A DNA stretch of 64,000 nt from an uncultured Lentisphaeria bacterium (GTDB taxonomy: Bacteria > Verrucomicrobiota > Lentisphaeria > Victivallales > Victivallaceae). Location of the stretch: assembly GCA_949298075.1 (NCBI GenBank), contig CASFVA010000033.1, forward strand, positions 20,806 through 84,805, in the 5' to 3' direction. A program made the translations under genes and the position numbers. This document shows, one piece after another, positions 17,350 to 27,671 of this stretch. The notes under the pieces were generated by a model that ran no database searches, had not been told where the DNA came from, and saw only the letters and a list, made by a program, of their open reading frames with translations. Positions within the stretch are counted from its first letter, which is position 1. Each line of letters opens with the position of its first letter.

Positions 17350-19461
17350 TTATTCGCCGAGCTCCTTGAGCGCCGCCTTGCGGCTGAGCCGGATTTTGCC
17401 GGAGGAGTCGATGTCGATCACCTTGACCGTCACATACTGGCCCTCTTCGCAGATATCCGTGACCTTGTTGACCCGGTAATCGGCCATTTCGGAAATATGC
17501 AGCAGCCCATCCAGTCCGGGCAGGATCTCGACAAACGCGCCGAAGTCGCGCACCGTCACCACCTTGCCGCGGTAGATCTTGCCGATTTCCGCTTCGGCGG
17601 TGCAGGCCAGCACGCGCTCTTTGGCCGCTTCAAGCTGCGCCTTGTTGGACGCCATGATCTTGACCGTGCCGTCCTCTTCGACGTCGATGCTCGCCAGCGT
17701 CTCGTCAGTGATCGAACGGATGTTCTTGCCGCCGGGACCAATCAGAGCGCCGATTTTTTCCGGATTGATCTTCACCACTTCCAGCCGCGGCGCCCGCTCG
17801 CTGATTTCCGGACGCGGGGCCGCAATGCAGGCCTCCATCACATCAAGAATCCGGAGCCGGGCGATCCGGTTGCGTTCCATCGCCTCGCACAGCAGGTCGA
17901 TCGGAATCCCCGGCAGCTTGAGGTCAAGCTGGAATCCGGTAATTCCAGTACGGGTGCCGCAGACCTTGAAGTCCATGTCGCCGAAATGATCCTCAGCGCC
18001 CAGAATATCGGTGAGCAGCAGACGTTCGCCGTTGTCGCCGGTGACCAGTCCGCAGGAAATGCCGGCCACCGGAGCGGTGATCGGCACACCGGCATCCATC
18101 AGAGCCAGCGTCGCGCCGCAGACCGACGCCATTGAAGTGGAGCCGTTGGAACTCATAATTTCCGAAACACAGCGCACCACATACGGGAAGTCCGCCGGAA
18201 CCACCTTGGAAACCGACCGCTCGGCCAGATTGCCGTGACCGATTTCCCGACGGCCGGGACCGGTGATGCGACCCACCTCGCCGACGCTGAAATTCGGGAA
18301 GTTGTAATGCAGATAGAAACGCTTGGTGGAAACTCCGGTGTCACTGGTGAGATCGTCGTATTCCTGAGCGTCCTTCTCATTGCCGAGCGTGGCGATCACC
18401 AGCGCCTGGGTCTCGCCGCGGGAGAACAGCGCACTGCCGTGCACCACCGGCAGCACACCGACCTCGGCCGACAGCGGACGGATATCCGTGATGGAACGGC
18501 CGTCCGGACGGAACTGCTTTTCCAGGATAATCCGCCGGGTGACAGTCCGCACATAGTCGTCAAAACCCTTGGCGGTTTCCAGGGCGAAGTCGGCATCGCT
18601 CATATCAGCAAAATCGGCGCGCAGTCCGGCGCGGGCATCGGCCAGCAGCGCATCCAGCGCAGCCAGGCGGTCCTCCTTGCCGGGCACCGTGCAGGCCGCA
18701 TCAATCCGGTCGGCGCAGAACTTCTCCAGCGCGGACTGCAAAGCCTCTGGCACCAGATAGAGTTTGTAGTCCTTCTTGGCCCGGCCGGCCCGGGCGGCCA
18801 GTTCAATCTGCGCCGCACACTGCTTTTTGACCGCCTCGTTGGCGACGTACATCGCCTGACGCATATCGGACTCGCTCACAAACTCGGCCTCGCCCTCAAT
18901 CATGATGACCTGATCGGGTCGTCCGGCATAGATGAGTTCGAGCTTGCTCTCCTTCATCTCTTCGCGGGTCGGGTTGACGATGAAACGATCACCGATCTTG
19001 CCGACGCGCACCGCGCCGATCGGACCGTCAAACGGCAGATCCGACAGCATCAAACTAGCTGAAGTCGCCACCATCGCCAGCACATCCGCTTCATTGACCC
19101 CGTCGGCGCTCAGCAGCAGGCACTGCACCTGGACTTCATTGAAAAATCCCTTGGGAAAGAGCGGACGAATCGGCCGGTCAATCATCCGGCAGGTCAGAAT
19201 TTCCTTGGTCGAGGGACGGCCCTCTCGCTTGATGTAGCCGCCGGGAAATTTGCCGGCCGCACTGTACTTTTCGCGGTAGTCGACCTGAAGCGGGAAGAAA
19301 TCCGCGCCCTCGCGCGGTGCACCGGAGCAGGCCGCCGCCAGCACCATCGTATCCCCCAGGCGCACCAGACAGCTGCCGTTGGCCAGTTTGGCCACCTTGC
19401 CGGTCGAGATTTCCATGGTCCTCGAACCGTCAAACTCAAAAACAATCTTTTCCTCAGCCAT
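17350..19461 (-). CDS. pnp: Polyribonucleotide nucleotidyltransferase (PNPase)
   Basis: Two RNase PH domains are followed by KH (GPGGKNIRSITDETLASIDVEEDG) and S1 (GKIYRGKVVTVRDFGAFVEIL) domains. The start is probably MAEEK at 19461; the track ORF runs to 19482. Confidence 0.9.
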   Translation of the reverse strand: MAEEKIVFEFDGSRTMEISTGKVAKLANGSCLVRLGDTMVLAAACSGAPREGADFFPLQVDYREKYSAAGKFPGGYIKREGRPSTKEILTCRMIDRPIRPLFPKGFFNEVQVQCLLLSADGVNEADVLAMVATSASLMLSDLPFDGPIGAVRVGKIGDRFIVNPTREEMKESKLELIYAGRPDQVIMIEGEAEFVSESDMRQAMYVANEAVKKQCAAQIELAARAGRAKKDYKLYLVPEALQSALEKFCADRIDAACTVPGKEDRLAALDALLADARAGLRADFADMSDADFALETAKGFDDYVRTVTRRIILEKQFRPDGRSITDIRPLSAEVGVLPVVHGSALFSRGETQALVIATLGNEKDAQEYDDLTSDTGVSTKRFYLHYNFPNFSVGEVGRITGPGRREIGHGNLAERSVSKVVPADFPYVVRCVSEIMSSNGSTSMASVCGATLALMDAGVPITAPVAGISCGLVTGDNGERLLLTDILGAEDHFGDMDFKVCGTRTGITGFQLDLKLPGIPIDLLCEAMERNRIARLRILDVMEACIAAPRPEISERAPRLEVVKINPEKIGALIGPGGKNIRSITDETLASIDVEEDGTVKIMASNKAQLEAAKERVLACTAEAEIGKIYRGKVVTVRDFGAFVEILPGLDGLLHISEMADYRVNKVTDICEEGQYVTVKVIDIDSSGKIRLSRKAALKELGE

Positions 19462-19696
19462 GACATTTCCTTTCGCAATCAAACGGCGTTATGGCCGGAA
19501 AGCCTTTCGCACGCCCTGCGGCGCGAATATCATGGCAATGGGCGGAATCCCGGTATCAACGCCCCGCGTCCCCGGAGCCGGCGGATCCGCCGCCGTTTCC
19601 GCGACAGGCGGACAATTCTCGCTCCGATGCAACGCCGGATGCTGATAGCGACCGAATTCCAATCCTTGCCAGACCGGAAAGCCTTCAGACCGGTTA

Positions 19697-20596
19697 TTAT
19701 ATTAATATATCACGATACGAAGGATTTTGCAAACCAGTTCCGGGCGGATTCTGGTGCCGGAACCAGGTACGCTGCCGCCGGGCGAACTGCCAGGTGGCAG
19801 TGGCAATCGCCTCAGTCAGCCGGTTCCGGTCCAGCCGGCCGGCCAGGTAGTCGCCGATCAGCCGGTAGCCGAGCGCCTGATGCGCCGTGGGCGAAGTCAG
19901 CAGTCCCGCCGCAATCGCCGCCGCCGCTTCTTCGATCCAGCCGCCATTGAGCATGGCGGCGGCCCGGAGCCGGATCCGTGCCTTGAGCTCCTCCGCCGGC
20001 CGATCAATCCGGTACGCCCGGAACTCATAACGCGGACGGGAGGCGGCACCACCGCTTTGCAGCTCCAACAGCGACTTTCCGGTCAGCAACCGGACTTCCA
20101 ACGCCCGGATCAGCCGGCGGCGACAGTTTTTCCACCGTTCCCAGCCGGCGGGATCCAGTTCGCGCATCCGCGCGGCCAGCTCGACTTCACCGGCGGCGTG
20201 ATCGTACCTGGCGTCCAGTTCCGCCCGCAGCGCCGGATCGGCCGGCAGATCATCCAGGCCGTACAGCAGCGCCTTGAGGTAAAGCCCGGTGCCGCCCGCC
20301 AGCACCGGCAGCCGGCCGCGGCTCCGGATCGCCGCGATCGCCGCATCGGCCAGCCGGCAGAATCCGACAACCTCGACCCGCTCCCGCCAGTCCCGGATCC
20401 CCACAAGGTGGTGCGGAACCCGGAGCCGTTCCGCCGTCGAAGGCTGGGCGGTACCGATTTCCAGACCACGGTAGATCTGCATGGAGTCTATGGAAACGAT
20501 TTCCCCGCCAAGCCGCTCGGCACACTCCAGCGCCAGTGCGCTTTTCCCGGACGCCGTCGGTCCCATGATAACCAGCAACGGTTGATGATCCGCCAT
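19697..20596 (-). CDS. miaA: tRNA dimethylallyltransferase
   Basis: The P-loop is LLVIMGPTASGKSALAL, with SIDSMQIYRGLEIGTAQP and GGTGLYLKALL. ATG 20596 overlaps the stop TAA of the upstream gene by 1 nt. Confidence 0.9.
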   Translation of the reverse strand: MADHQPLLVIMGPTASGKSALALECAERLGGEIVSIDSMQIYRGLEIGTAQPSTAERLRVPHHLVGIRDWRERVEVVGFCRLADAAIAAIRSRGRLPVLAGGTGLYLKALLYGLDDLPADPALRAELDARYDHAAGEVELAARMRELDPAGWERWKNCRRRLIRALEVRLLTGKSLLELQSGGAASRPRYEFRAYRIDRPAEELKARIRLRAAAMLNGGWIEEAAAAIAAGLLTSPTAHQALGYRLIGDYLAGRLDRNRLTEAIATATWQFARRQRTWFRHQNPPGTGLQNPSYRDILI

Positions 20597-22131
20597 TATT
20601 CCACCCGGTAAATACGATGAAATCCCAGATCGGACTCCGGAATCAGCCGGCACTGGAAACTCCGGCCGACCGCTTCCGGATCCTCGTCCCGGCGCAGCAC
20701 CGCCCGCCACCCCCGCGTCAGCCGGGTCACCCGGACACGCGGGGAATTAAAGACCAGCCGTTCAGGCTCCATCCCCATCAGCCGTGCGTAAAAGCTCACC
20801 GCCCACGGGTCGGCATTGAAGCTCAGATAGACCGGTCCGGGAGCCGTGTTCACCAGCTGCCCGGCGGTCGCCGACGGTGTGAAATCAGGCTGCAGATAAT
20901 AGCCGCTGAAGAAGTCGTCGCCGTAGGCTCCTCCGCAGAACGGGGACACCCAGGACCGCACCGCAACGGAACCTGATATCAGCCCGGCGGCTGTCGCCGT
21001 CAGTCCCCACAGCAGCATCGTCCGGCTCCGCCGGAGCAGTCCGGTCCGGCACCGCCGGCGCAGCGAGGCTCCCCATCGGAACCCCTCCCGGGCCAGCGCC
21101 AGTCCCAGCACCGGCAGACATGGAAAAAACACACGCGGAAACGGGGCGGTCGGCAGCAATGCATAGGCCACCAGCGGCAGCAGCCAGATCAGCAGATGGG
21201 CGGCCAGCCGCCGCCGGTCAAAACGGAAAATACCCAGCGCCGCCGGCAGGAATACCGCCAGCGAAATCAGCGCCGTGAGGCTCCAGGCCGCCGCAGCCGC
21301 CGCCGGATCCGGCCACCCCTCTCCCAGTCGGGAAGCCGCCAGCAACCGGTCCCCGATCGGCAGATAAAACGCCGCCCCGGCCAGCAGCGGAATCAAACCG
21401 GCCGCCGCCAGCCGGGACCACCGGACTCCGGAGCGCCGCCGGGGCACCAGCAGCAGCGCCGCTCCGGCCAGAGCGGCCAAATTGGTGGGGGCCGCGCCCA
21501 GCGCCAGAGCCGAGCCGGCGGCATAGACCAGCCAGCCGGTCAGACTGCCGCAGTACAACCCCCGGCGCAATCCGGCCAGAGCCGCCAGCACCAATCCGGC
21601 GCCGAGCATATACCCTCTCGCCGCAGTACCGTATGTCAAAACCGGCGGCGCCGCTGCCAGAGCCAGGCCGATGACAACCGGCCACCAGCGTCCGGCCCCG
21701 ATGCGCATCCTGCAGAAAACCGCCAGCACTGCGATCCCGGTTATCATGGAAAACAGACGTATCCAGACATCGACGGGCCAGCCGGATGGCAGCAGATCCA
21801 GCCAGAAATGCAGCACGAGGGAATAGACGATGTGATTGTTGGGAATCGCGTAATTGCGATAAATTTCCAGCGGAGGGAAAACCGCGAAATTCATCACGGT
21901 CAGCGCCTCATCGAACCAGAGGTCGCGCCACAGCCAGGGGAACGCCAATCCGGCGAAGACTGCCGCCGGAATCATTGCCGTCCAGCGGCCGGAAGCGAGG
22001 CGGCCGACGGCGCGGGAGCGGTTGTTTGAATCCGATTCTTTCATTTTGACTGCCGATATTCCCGCCACGCCGGACAGTCCATTGCGCCCGAATTCCAGCG
22101 GCGGCAGGAGGCTTTCCGCCTTTTTCGTCAT
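20596..22131 (-). CDS. Membrane glycosyltransferase, GT39/PMT_2 (ArnT-like) family
   Basis: About 500 aa and polytopic, with more than 10 TM segments and a Trp/Arg-rich periplasmic region after the TM region. The start is uncertain: candidates are 22131 (non-ATG), 22044 (MKESD) and 21975 (MIPAAV). Translationally coupled to miaA. Confidence 0.5.
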   Translation of the reverse strand: MTKKAESLLPPLEFGRNGLSGVAGISAVKMKESDSNNRSRAVGRLASGRWTAMIPAAVFAGLAFPWLWRDLWFDEALTVMNFAVFPPLEIYRNYAIPNNHIVYSLVLHFWLDLLPSGWPVDVWIRLFSMITGIAVLAVFCRMRIGAGRWWPVVIGLALAAAPPVLTYGTAARGYMLGAGLVLAALAGLRRGLYCGSLTGWLVYAAGSALALGAAPTNLAALAGAALLLVPRRRSGVRWSRLAAAGLIPLLAGAAFYLPIGDRLLAASRLGEGWPDPAAAAAAWSLTALISLAVFLPAALGIFRFDRRRLAAHLLIWLLPLVAYALLPTAPFPRVFFPCLPVLGLALAREGFRWGASLRRRCRTGLLRRSRTMLLWGLTATAAGLISGSVAVRSWVSPFCGGAYGDDFFSGYYLQPDFTPSATAGQLVNTAPGPVYLSFNADPWAVSFYARLMGMEPERLVFNSPRVRVTRLTRGWRAVLRRDEDPEAVGRSFQCRLIPESDLGFHRIYRVE

Positions 22132-22432
22132 AACATATCCGCCCCCGGGACTTTGTCAAGCGGAACCGGAAGTTTTATTCCGGAAAAACCGTTCCGTTCC
22201 CTCCCCGGGCAGCGGCAAAGGCCGGCGATTCGGTGATTTGCACTCCAACCGGTTGAAAAATCGGGAAAAACGTGCTAAAGTATTGTTTTATCATGGCGAC
22301 AGGTATTCCCGTGCCGTTCGGGCTTTGCAGCAGACCGCGTCCGGGCCGTTTTAAACTGCTCAGTCCGGAACCGGCCGCGCTTCTCCGGCCTGCCTCCTTA
22401 AGCCGGAGCCAACCCTGTTCAGAGGATGTGAT

Positions 22433-23485
22433 ATGAAAAAAGTAATCGTAACCGGAGGCGCCGGCTTCATTGGTTCGGCTCTGGTCCGGCACCTGGTGAA
22501 AAACCAGCTGGCCGAGGTGATGAACCTCGACAAACTCACCTACGCCGGCAATCCGGAAAGTCTGAAAGAGGTCGCGGATTCTCCGCTCTACCATTTCATC
22601 CGCCTCGACATCTGCGATGCCCCGGCCGTGAAGCGGCTGTTCGCCGAATTTCAGCCGGACGCCATTATGCATCTGGCCGCCGAAAGCCACGTTGACCGCT
22701 CGATTGACGGTCCCCTGGAGTTTGTCCGGACCAACGTCATGGGGACGGCGGTCCTGCTCGACGCGGCCACGGAATACTGGCGGAAATCCGGGCGCGATTT
22801 CCGGTTTCAGCACATATCCACCGACGAAGTCTATGGATCGCTCGGCGCGGAGGGCTTTTTCACGGAGGCGACTCCCTATGATCCCTCGTCCCCCTACTCC
22901 GCCAGCAAAGCCTCCAGCGATCATCTGGTAAGAGCGTGGGGGCGGACTTTCGGACTGCCGGTACTCATTTCCAACTGTTCCAATAATTACGGTCCCTATC
23001 ATTTTCCGGAAAAACTCATTCCGCTGGTAATTCTCAATGCGCTCGACAGCCGGCCGCTGCCGATCTACGGCCGGGGAGACAACGTCCGCGACTGGCTCTA
23101 CGTCGAAGACCACGCCAAAGCGCTCTGGCTCATCAATCAGCAGGGCGTTCCCGGTGAAACCTACAACATCGGCGGGCACAATGAGCGCACCAATCTGGAA
23201 GTGGTACAGACCATCTGCGCAATCCTGGATGAACTGCGGCCGAAATCCTCCGGCAGCTACGCCGACCAGATCGTTTTTGTCGCCGACCGCCCCGGCCATG
23301 ACCGCCGTTACGCCATCGACGCGGAAAAACTCCGCCTCCGGCTGGGCTGGACCCCCGATGAAACCTTCGATTCGGGAATCCGCAAAACCGTGCGCTGGTA
23401 TCTGGACAACGCCTGGTGGTGGCAGCCGATCCGGAACCGGAAGTACTCGGGAGAACGGCTCGGTCAACTGAACCGGAATCAGTAA
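22433..23485 (+). CDS. rfbB: dTDP-glucose 4,6-dehydratase
   Basis: SDR-extended with the Rossmann motif [10 protein letters not shown], catalytic [15 protein letters not shown], and a TDEVYG motif. Confidence 0.9.
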   Translation: MKKVIVTGGAGFIGSALVRHLVKNQLAEVMNLDKLTYAGNPESLKEVADSPLYHFIRLDICDAPAVKRLFAEFQPDAIMHLAAESHVDRSIDGPLEFVRTNVMGTAVLLDAATEYWRKSGRDFRFQHISTDEVYGSLGAEGFFTEATPYDPSSPYSASKASSDHLVRAWGRTFGLPVLISNCSNNYGPYHFPEKLIPLVILNALDSRPLPIYGRGDNVRDWLYVEDHAKALWLINQQGVPGETYNIGGHNERTNLEVVQTICAILDELRPKSSGSYADQIVFVADRPGHDRRYAIDAEKLRLRLGWTPDETFDSGIRKTVRWYLDNAWWWQPIRNRKYSGERLGQLNRNQ

Positions 23486-23516
23486 TCAACCACCAGACCG
23501 GAACCTGAACCGCACC

Positions 23517-24509
23517 ATGAACAATCGGCCTTCCCTGCTGGATTTCATCGGCAATCCCGCGACAGAACTGCCCGGGCGTGCCGTTTCCATCTCCGATCTG
23601 CGCCAGGAAGGTATGTTCCGTCAGCTGTGCCGCCTGTTTCAGCAGCATCAAATCGACTTCTGTCCGATCAAAGGCGCCGACCTCGCCTGGAGGGTGTACC
23701 CGCACGGCATGGTGCGGCTGAAATGCGACCTGGACATCCTGATCCGGAGAGCGGATTGCGACCGGGTGTGGCGGATTCTGACGGCGGAAGGCTGGCAGAC
23801 TCCCTATCGTTACCGCCTGAAACACCATGAAGCGGTGATGCGTAAACTGAATGTTTCGCTGGAGCTGCACACCCGGCTGCCCAATTTCAACCGGGTGGAT
23901 CCGGATCATGTCTGGGACGAAATTCCAGCTGTCGACGGCAGCCGTCATCAGCTGCCGCTTGAGATGAATCTGCTGATGCTCTTCAATCACGCCCGGGGCG
24001 CCCACCAATGGGAGAACGGCCGTTACCTGGTGCTGGACAGTTATTTCCTCATGCAGGCGGAAGGAGCTCCGGACTGGCCGCGCCTGGAAGCGCTGGCCCG
24101 GCGGTTCAAGGTGTCCACTCCGGCCCTGCTGTTTGATGCGTTCCGCGAGTATTTTCCGCCGGAATGGCTGCCCGAAACCACATTTCCCGAGCCCGTCCGC
24201 CGGCTCTTCCTGGAACTTCTGCTGACTCCGGCCCCGGAAGCCGGAAATCACGAGCTGGTCATGAGTTCCGGGAACCGGTTTTCCCTGCAATGGTGGTTGG
24301 ACCGGCTGAACGGCATGCGGCCGTCCTCCATCCGGATTCAAACCCGGAATCCTTCCGGGAACTATCTGAAGCTGCTTGCCGGCTACTGGCAGGTCGGCAC
24401 CGGCAAGCTCCGGGATTTCTGGCAGCTGCGCCATGGAACGGCCGATGCCGGACTGCGCCGTCGGCTCCGGCAGCTTGAGGCCATCGAAAAAATCATCACC
24501 CCAAAATAA
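23517..24509 (+). CDS. Nucleotidyltransferase family protein (NTP_transf_5-like, uncharacterized)
   Basis: 330 aa. IKGADLAWRVYPHGMVRLKCDLDILI resembles the G[SA]x9-13Dh[DE]h core of minimal nucleotidyltransferases. It lies 31 nt after rfbB. Confidence 0.45.
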   Translation: MNNRPSLLDFIGNPATELPGRAVSISDLRQEGMFRQLCRLFQQHQIDFCPIKGADLAWRVYPHGMVRLKCDLDILIRRADCDRVWRILTAEGWQTPYRYRLKHHEAVMRKLNVSLELHTRLPNFNRVDPDHVWDEIPAVDGSRHQLPLEMNLLMLFNHARGAHQWENGRYLVLDSYFLMQAEGAPDWPRLEALARRFKVSTPALLFDAFREYFPPEWLPETTFPEPVRRLFLELLLTPAPEAGNHELVMSSGNRFSLQWWLDRLNGMRPSSIRIQTRNPSGNYLKLLAGYWQVGTGKLRDFWQLRHGTADAGLRRRLRQLEAIEKIITPK

Positions 24510-24828
24510 AATAAACGCCGTCACCCCGGAGTCTGCGGGGCAGCGATCAACCAGACGCCGATTTCCGCGCCCTGATACCAGTCATCCCGGCGTCCGCAGG
24601 GCAGCGGTCCCAGGGTTCTCTCCGGCAAAGGAGCGTCGTGCCCGGCGGCCCCGGAAGGAATTAGCCACGGTGCGCAAAATTCCGGCGGCAACCGCCCCCG
24701 GACTGTGATTCGATCCCCCGTAAACAGGAAAAACGGGAATTCCACCGCATTTCCAGTGGAACTCCCGCAGATGTTCATCTGAACCGGCGAATGGAGCGGC
24801 AGTCCGCCACCCCGTCCGCCCGGAGCCG

Positions 24829-26670
24829 TCAGCCGAGACGAGCCTCCAGCGCCTGGAGCTGCGCAGTCAGCGCAGCCGGCAGCCGGTCGCCGAACTTCGC
24901 ATAGTGCTCCTTGATCATCTCAAGTTCTTTCTTCCAGCCATCGACATCGACGGTCAGCAGCTGCTTGAGATCATCCAGGCTGACTTCGCCTTCCAGACCG
25001 GTCAGGTCGATCGCATCCGGAGTCGGCAGAATGCCGATCGCCGTGTTGACCGACTCGCCGCGGCCGGCACAACGCTCAAACACCCATGCCAGCACCCGGC
25101 TGTTGTCACCGAAACCCGGCCACATGAACTTGCCTTCGGCATTCTTACGGAACCAGTTGACGCAGAAAATCTTCGGCAGGTTGCCCTGCGCCGCGCCCCG
25201 TTTGCCGATTTCCAGCCAGTGCCCGAAGTAATCCCCCATGTGATAACCGCAGAACGGCAGCATTGCGAAAGGATCGCGCCGCACGGTTCCGGCTTTGACG
25301 TCGAGCGCCGCAGCGGTCACTTCCGAACCCACCGTCGAACCGATGAACACGCCGTGCTCCCAGTCGTTGGCCTGATAGACCAGCGGCAGCGTGGAGGGGC
25401 GACGGCCGCCGAAAAGAAACGCGGCAATCGGCACGCCGTTGGGATCCTCCCACTCCGGAGCAATAACCGGGCAGTTCTCGGCCCGGGCCGTGAAACGCGC
25501 ATTCGGATGGGCCGCCTTGACCGGCTTACCGTCGGCGTCAAGCATGCCGGGCTTCCAGTCATTGCCCTTCCAGTCAATCAGGTGCTCCGGCGCATCGTAG
25601 CCGATTCCCTCCCACCAGACGTCGCCGTCATCAGTCAGGGCAACGTTGGTGAAGATGGTATCTTTGGCGCAGGAAAGCATCGCGTTCGGGTTGGACTTCA
25701 TGCTGGTGCCGGGAGCAACGCCGAAGAAGCCGGCCTCGGGATTGATCGCCCGCAGATGGCCTTCGGAGTCGAACTTCATCCAGCTGATGTCGTCGCCGAC
25801 CGTTTCCACCTTCCAGTCCTTGAGAGTCGGGATCAACATCGCCAGGTTGGTCTTGCCGCAGGCCGACGGGAAAGCGCCGGTCACATATTTGACCTCGCCC
25901 TTGGGATTGGTCAGCTTGAGGATCAGCATGTGCTCAGCCATCCAGCCCTCATCCCGGGCCTGGACCGAGGCAATCCGCAGCGCCAGGCATTTCTTGCCGA
26001 GCAGAGCGTTGCCGCCGTAACCGGAACCGAAGCTCCAGATTTCCCGGGTTTCCGGAAAATGCGCAATGTATTTTTTGTCCATCGGAGCGCAGGGCCAGAT
26101 GCCGTGATCGGACTCGCCGGGAGCCAGCGGTTTGCCGACCGAATGCATGCACGGCACGAATTCGCCGTCGCCCAGCACATCCAGCACCCGGGTGCCGACC
26201 CGGGTCATAATGTGCATGTTGATGACCACGTAGGCGGAGTCGGTGATCTCAACGCCGATCTTGGCGATATTGGAACCCACCGGACCCATCGAGAAGGGAA
26301 TGATGTACATGGTCCGGCCGCGCATACAGCCGTCGTAAAGTCCGAGCATGGTCTTTTTCAGTTCAACCGGATCAATCCAGTTGTTGGTCGGACCGGCATC
26401 CTCCTCTTTCACCGAGGCGATGAAAGTTCGCTTCTCAACCCGGGCCACGTCGGTCGGGTCGGAACGGAACAACAGCGAATTGGGCCGCTTGGCCGGATTC
26501 AGGCGGATTGCCATTCCACTTTCAACCAGTTCGTTGCAGAGCCGGTCGTATTCAGCCCGGGAACCGTCGCACCAGTAGACCGCGTCCGGTTTGCAGATTT
26601 TCACCCACTCGTTCACCCAGGCAATCAGCCTGGCGTTGCCGGTGGGAGCGGCATTGAGCATTTCAGCCAT
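24829..26670 (-). CDS. pckG: Phosphoenolpyruvate carboxykinase (GTP)
   Basis: 613 aa. The kinase-1a/P-loop is [13 protein letters not shown] and the PEPCK-GTP signature region is [12 protein letters not shown], with full-length similarity. Confidence 0.9.
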   Translation of the reverse strand: MAEMLNAAPTGNARLIAWVNEWVKICKPDAVYWCDGSRAEYDRLCNELVESGMAIRLNPAKRPNSLLFRSDPTDVARVEKRTFIASVKEEDAGPTNNWIDPVELKKTMLGLYDGCMRGRTMYIIPFSMGPVGSNIAKIGVEITDSAYVVINMHIMTRVGTRVLDVLGDGEFVPCMHSVGKPLAPGESDHGIWPCAPMDKKYIAHFPETREIWSFGSGYGGNALLGKKCLALRIASVQARDEGWMAEHMLILKLTNPKGEVKYVTGAFPSACGKTNLAMLIPTLKDWKVETVGDDISWMKFDSEGHLRAINPEAGFFGVAPGTSMKSNPNAMLSCAKDTIFTNVALTDDGDVWWEGIGYDAPEHLIDWKGNDWKPGMLDADGKPVKAAHPNARFTARAENCPVIAPEWEDPNGVPIAAFLFGGRRPSTLPLVYQANDWEHGVFIGSTVGSEVTAAALDVKAGTVRRDPFAMLPFCGYHMGDYFGHWLEIGKRGAAQGNLPKIFCVNWFRKNAEGKFMWPGFGDNSRVLAWVFERCAGRGESVNTAIGILPTPDAIDLTGLEGEVSLDDLKQLLTVDVDGWKKELEMIKEHYAKFGDRLPAALTAQLQALEARLG

Positions 26671-26727
26671 GATATTCTTCCTTTTCTGTTTTGGTTAAAA
26701 GGTGGTTTCCAATTGAATCCGCCGGGA

Positions 26728-27654
26728 TTATCTGCCGGCGGCGATTTCCTGTTTGGCCCGGTCGACCAGCGCCATGAACCGGCGGCCGTATTCGATATAG
26801 TTCTCAGTGGCGGCCGACTCGGCCTGGGCCGGGGTCTTGTCATGGAACACCAGCGCCATGTGCGGCTCCATCGAAAAGCCGCCGTCATAGCCGTTGCGGA
26901 GCAGATCAACCACAATCCGGTACACGTCGCCGTCGCCCTCGCCGGGGAAAGTGAACCGCGACTTGGCAAAACCGCTGGCTGCGGTACGGGGTTCCAGGCA
27001 GACGGCGTCCTTGATGTGGACATAGTCGATGAATTCACGGACGTTGGAGTAAAACTCCCATGAGCTCTGGGTATGATCCAGCTCGTCGCCGCGGGAGCGG
27101 TCAAAATTCATCACCGGATTGCCGGTGTCGAACACCAGCCGGAACGCCGGAGACTTGATGCGGTCAAGCAGCTTGAGCGTATGCTTGTACGACATGCCGC
27201 CGTAGTTGTTGCAGTTTTCATGCAGATAGATCACGCCGGCGTCCTCGCACATCCGAACCAGGTGCTCCACCTTCGGAAACACCGCCGCCTCGACCTCGGG
27301 ATCAAAGGCCGGACGATCCCACATGGCCCGGAAGCTCATGCCGCGAATATACTTGCAGTTGAGCACCGCCATGCGCTGAAGACTGCGCTCCAGCTGAGCC
27401 TCGGTCAGCAGAAAATCCTCGTCCTTGAGCGGATCCCAGCTCCAGTTGGCGACCGCACTGCCGAAGCAGTTGATCTGCACGCCGTTCTCCGCCAGCGTCT
27501 CGCAGACTTCGCGGAACCGCCGTTCCGGCAGATCATGAATGAACACGCCATCGATTTTCCGGGATTCAATATTGCTCCACCCCAGCGTCTTGGTGGCGGC
27601 AATCTGGCCGTCAATGCTCTTGGCGGCCTCATCGGCAAATCCGGTGTAATACAT
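26728..27654 (-). CDS. Sugar phosphate isomerase/epimerase (xylose isomerase-like TIM barrel)
   Basis: 308 aa with the AP-endonuclease 2 / xylose-isomerase-like TIM barrel pattern (HENCNNYGG, VHIKD). Confidence 0.65.
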   Translation of the reverse strand: MYYTGFADEAAKSIDGQIAATKTLGWSNIESRKIDGVFIHDLPERRFREVCETLAENGVQINCFGSAVANWSWDPLKDEDFLLTEAQLERSLQRMAVLNCKYIRGMSFRAMWDRPAFDPEVEAAVFPKVEHLVRMCEDAGVIYLHENCNNYGGMSYKHTLKLLDRIKSPAFRLVFDTGNPVMNFDRSRGDELDHTQSSWEFYSNVREFIDYVHIKDAVCLEPRTAASGFAKSRFTFPGEGDGDVYRIVVDLLRNGYDGGFSMEPHMALVFHDKTPAQAESAATENYIEYGRRFMALVDRAKQEIAAGR

Positions 27655-27671
27655 TTTGGACTCCTTGTTTT

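Noticed and set aside
22175-23467. 430-aa minus-strand ORF
   Set aside because: It lies antisense to rfbB, the dTDP-glucose 4,6-dehydratase with a canonical SDR motif.
24904-27063. 719-aa plus-strand ORF
   Set aside because: It lies antisense to pckG and to the sugar isomerase gene.
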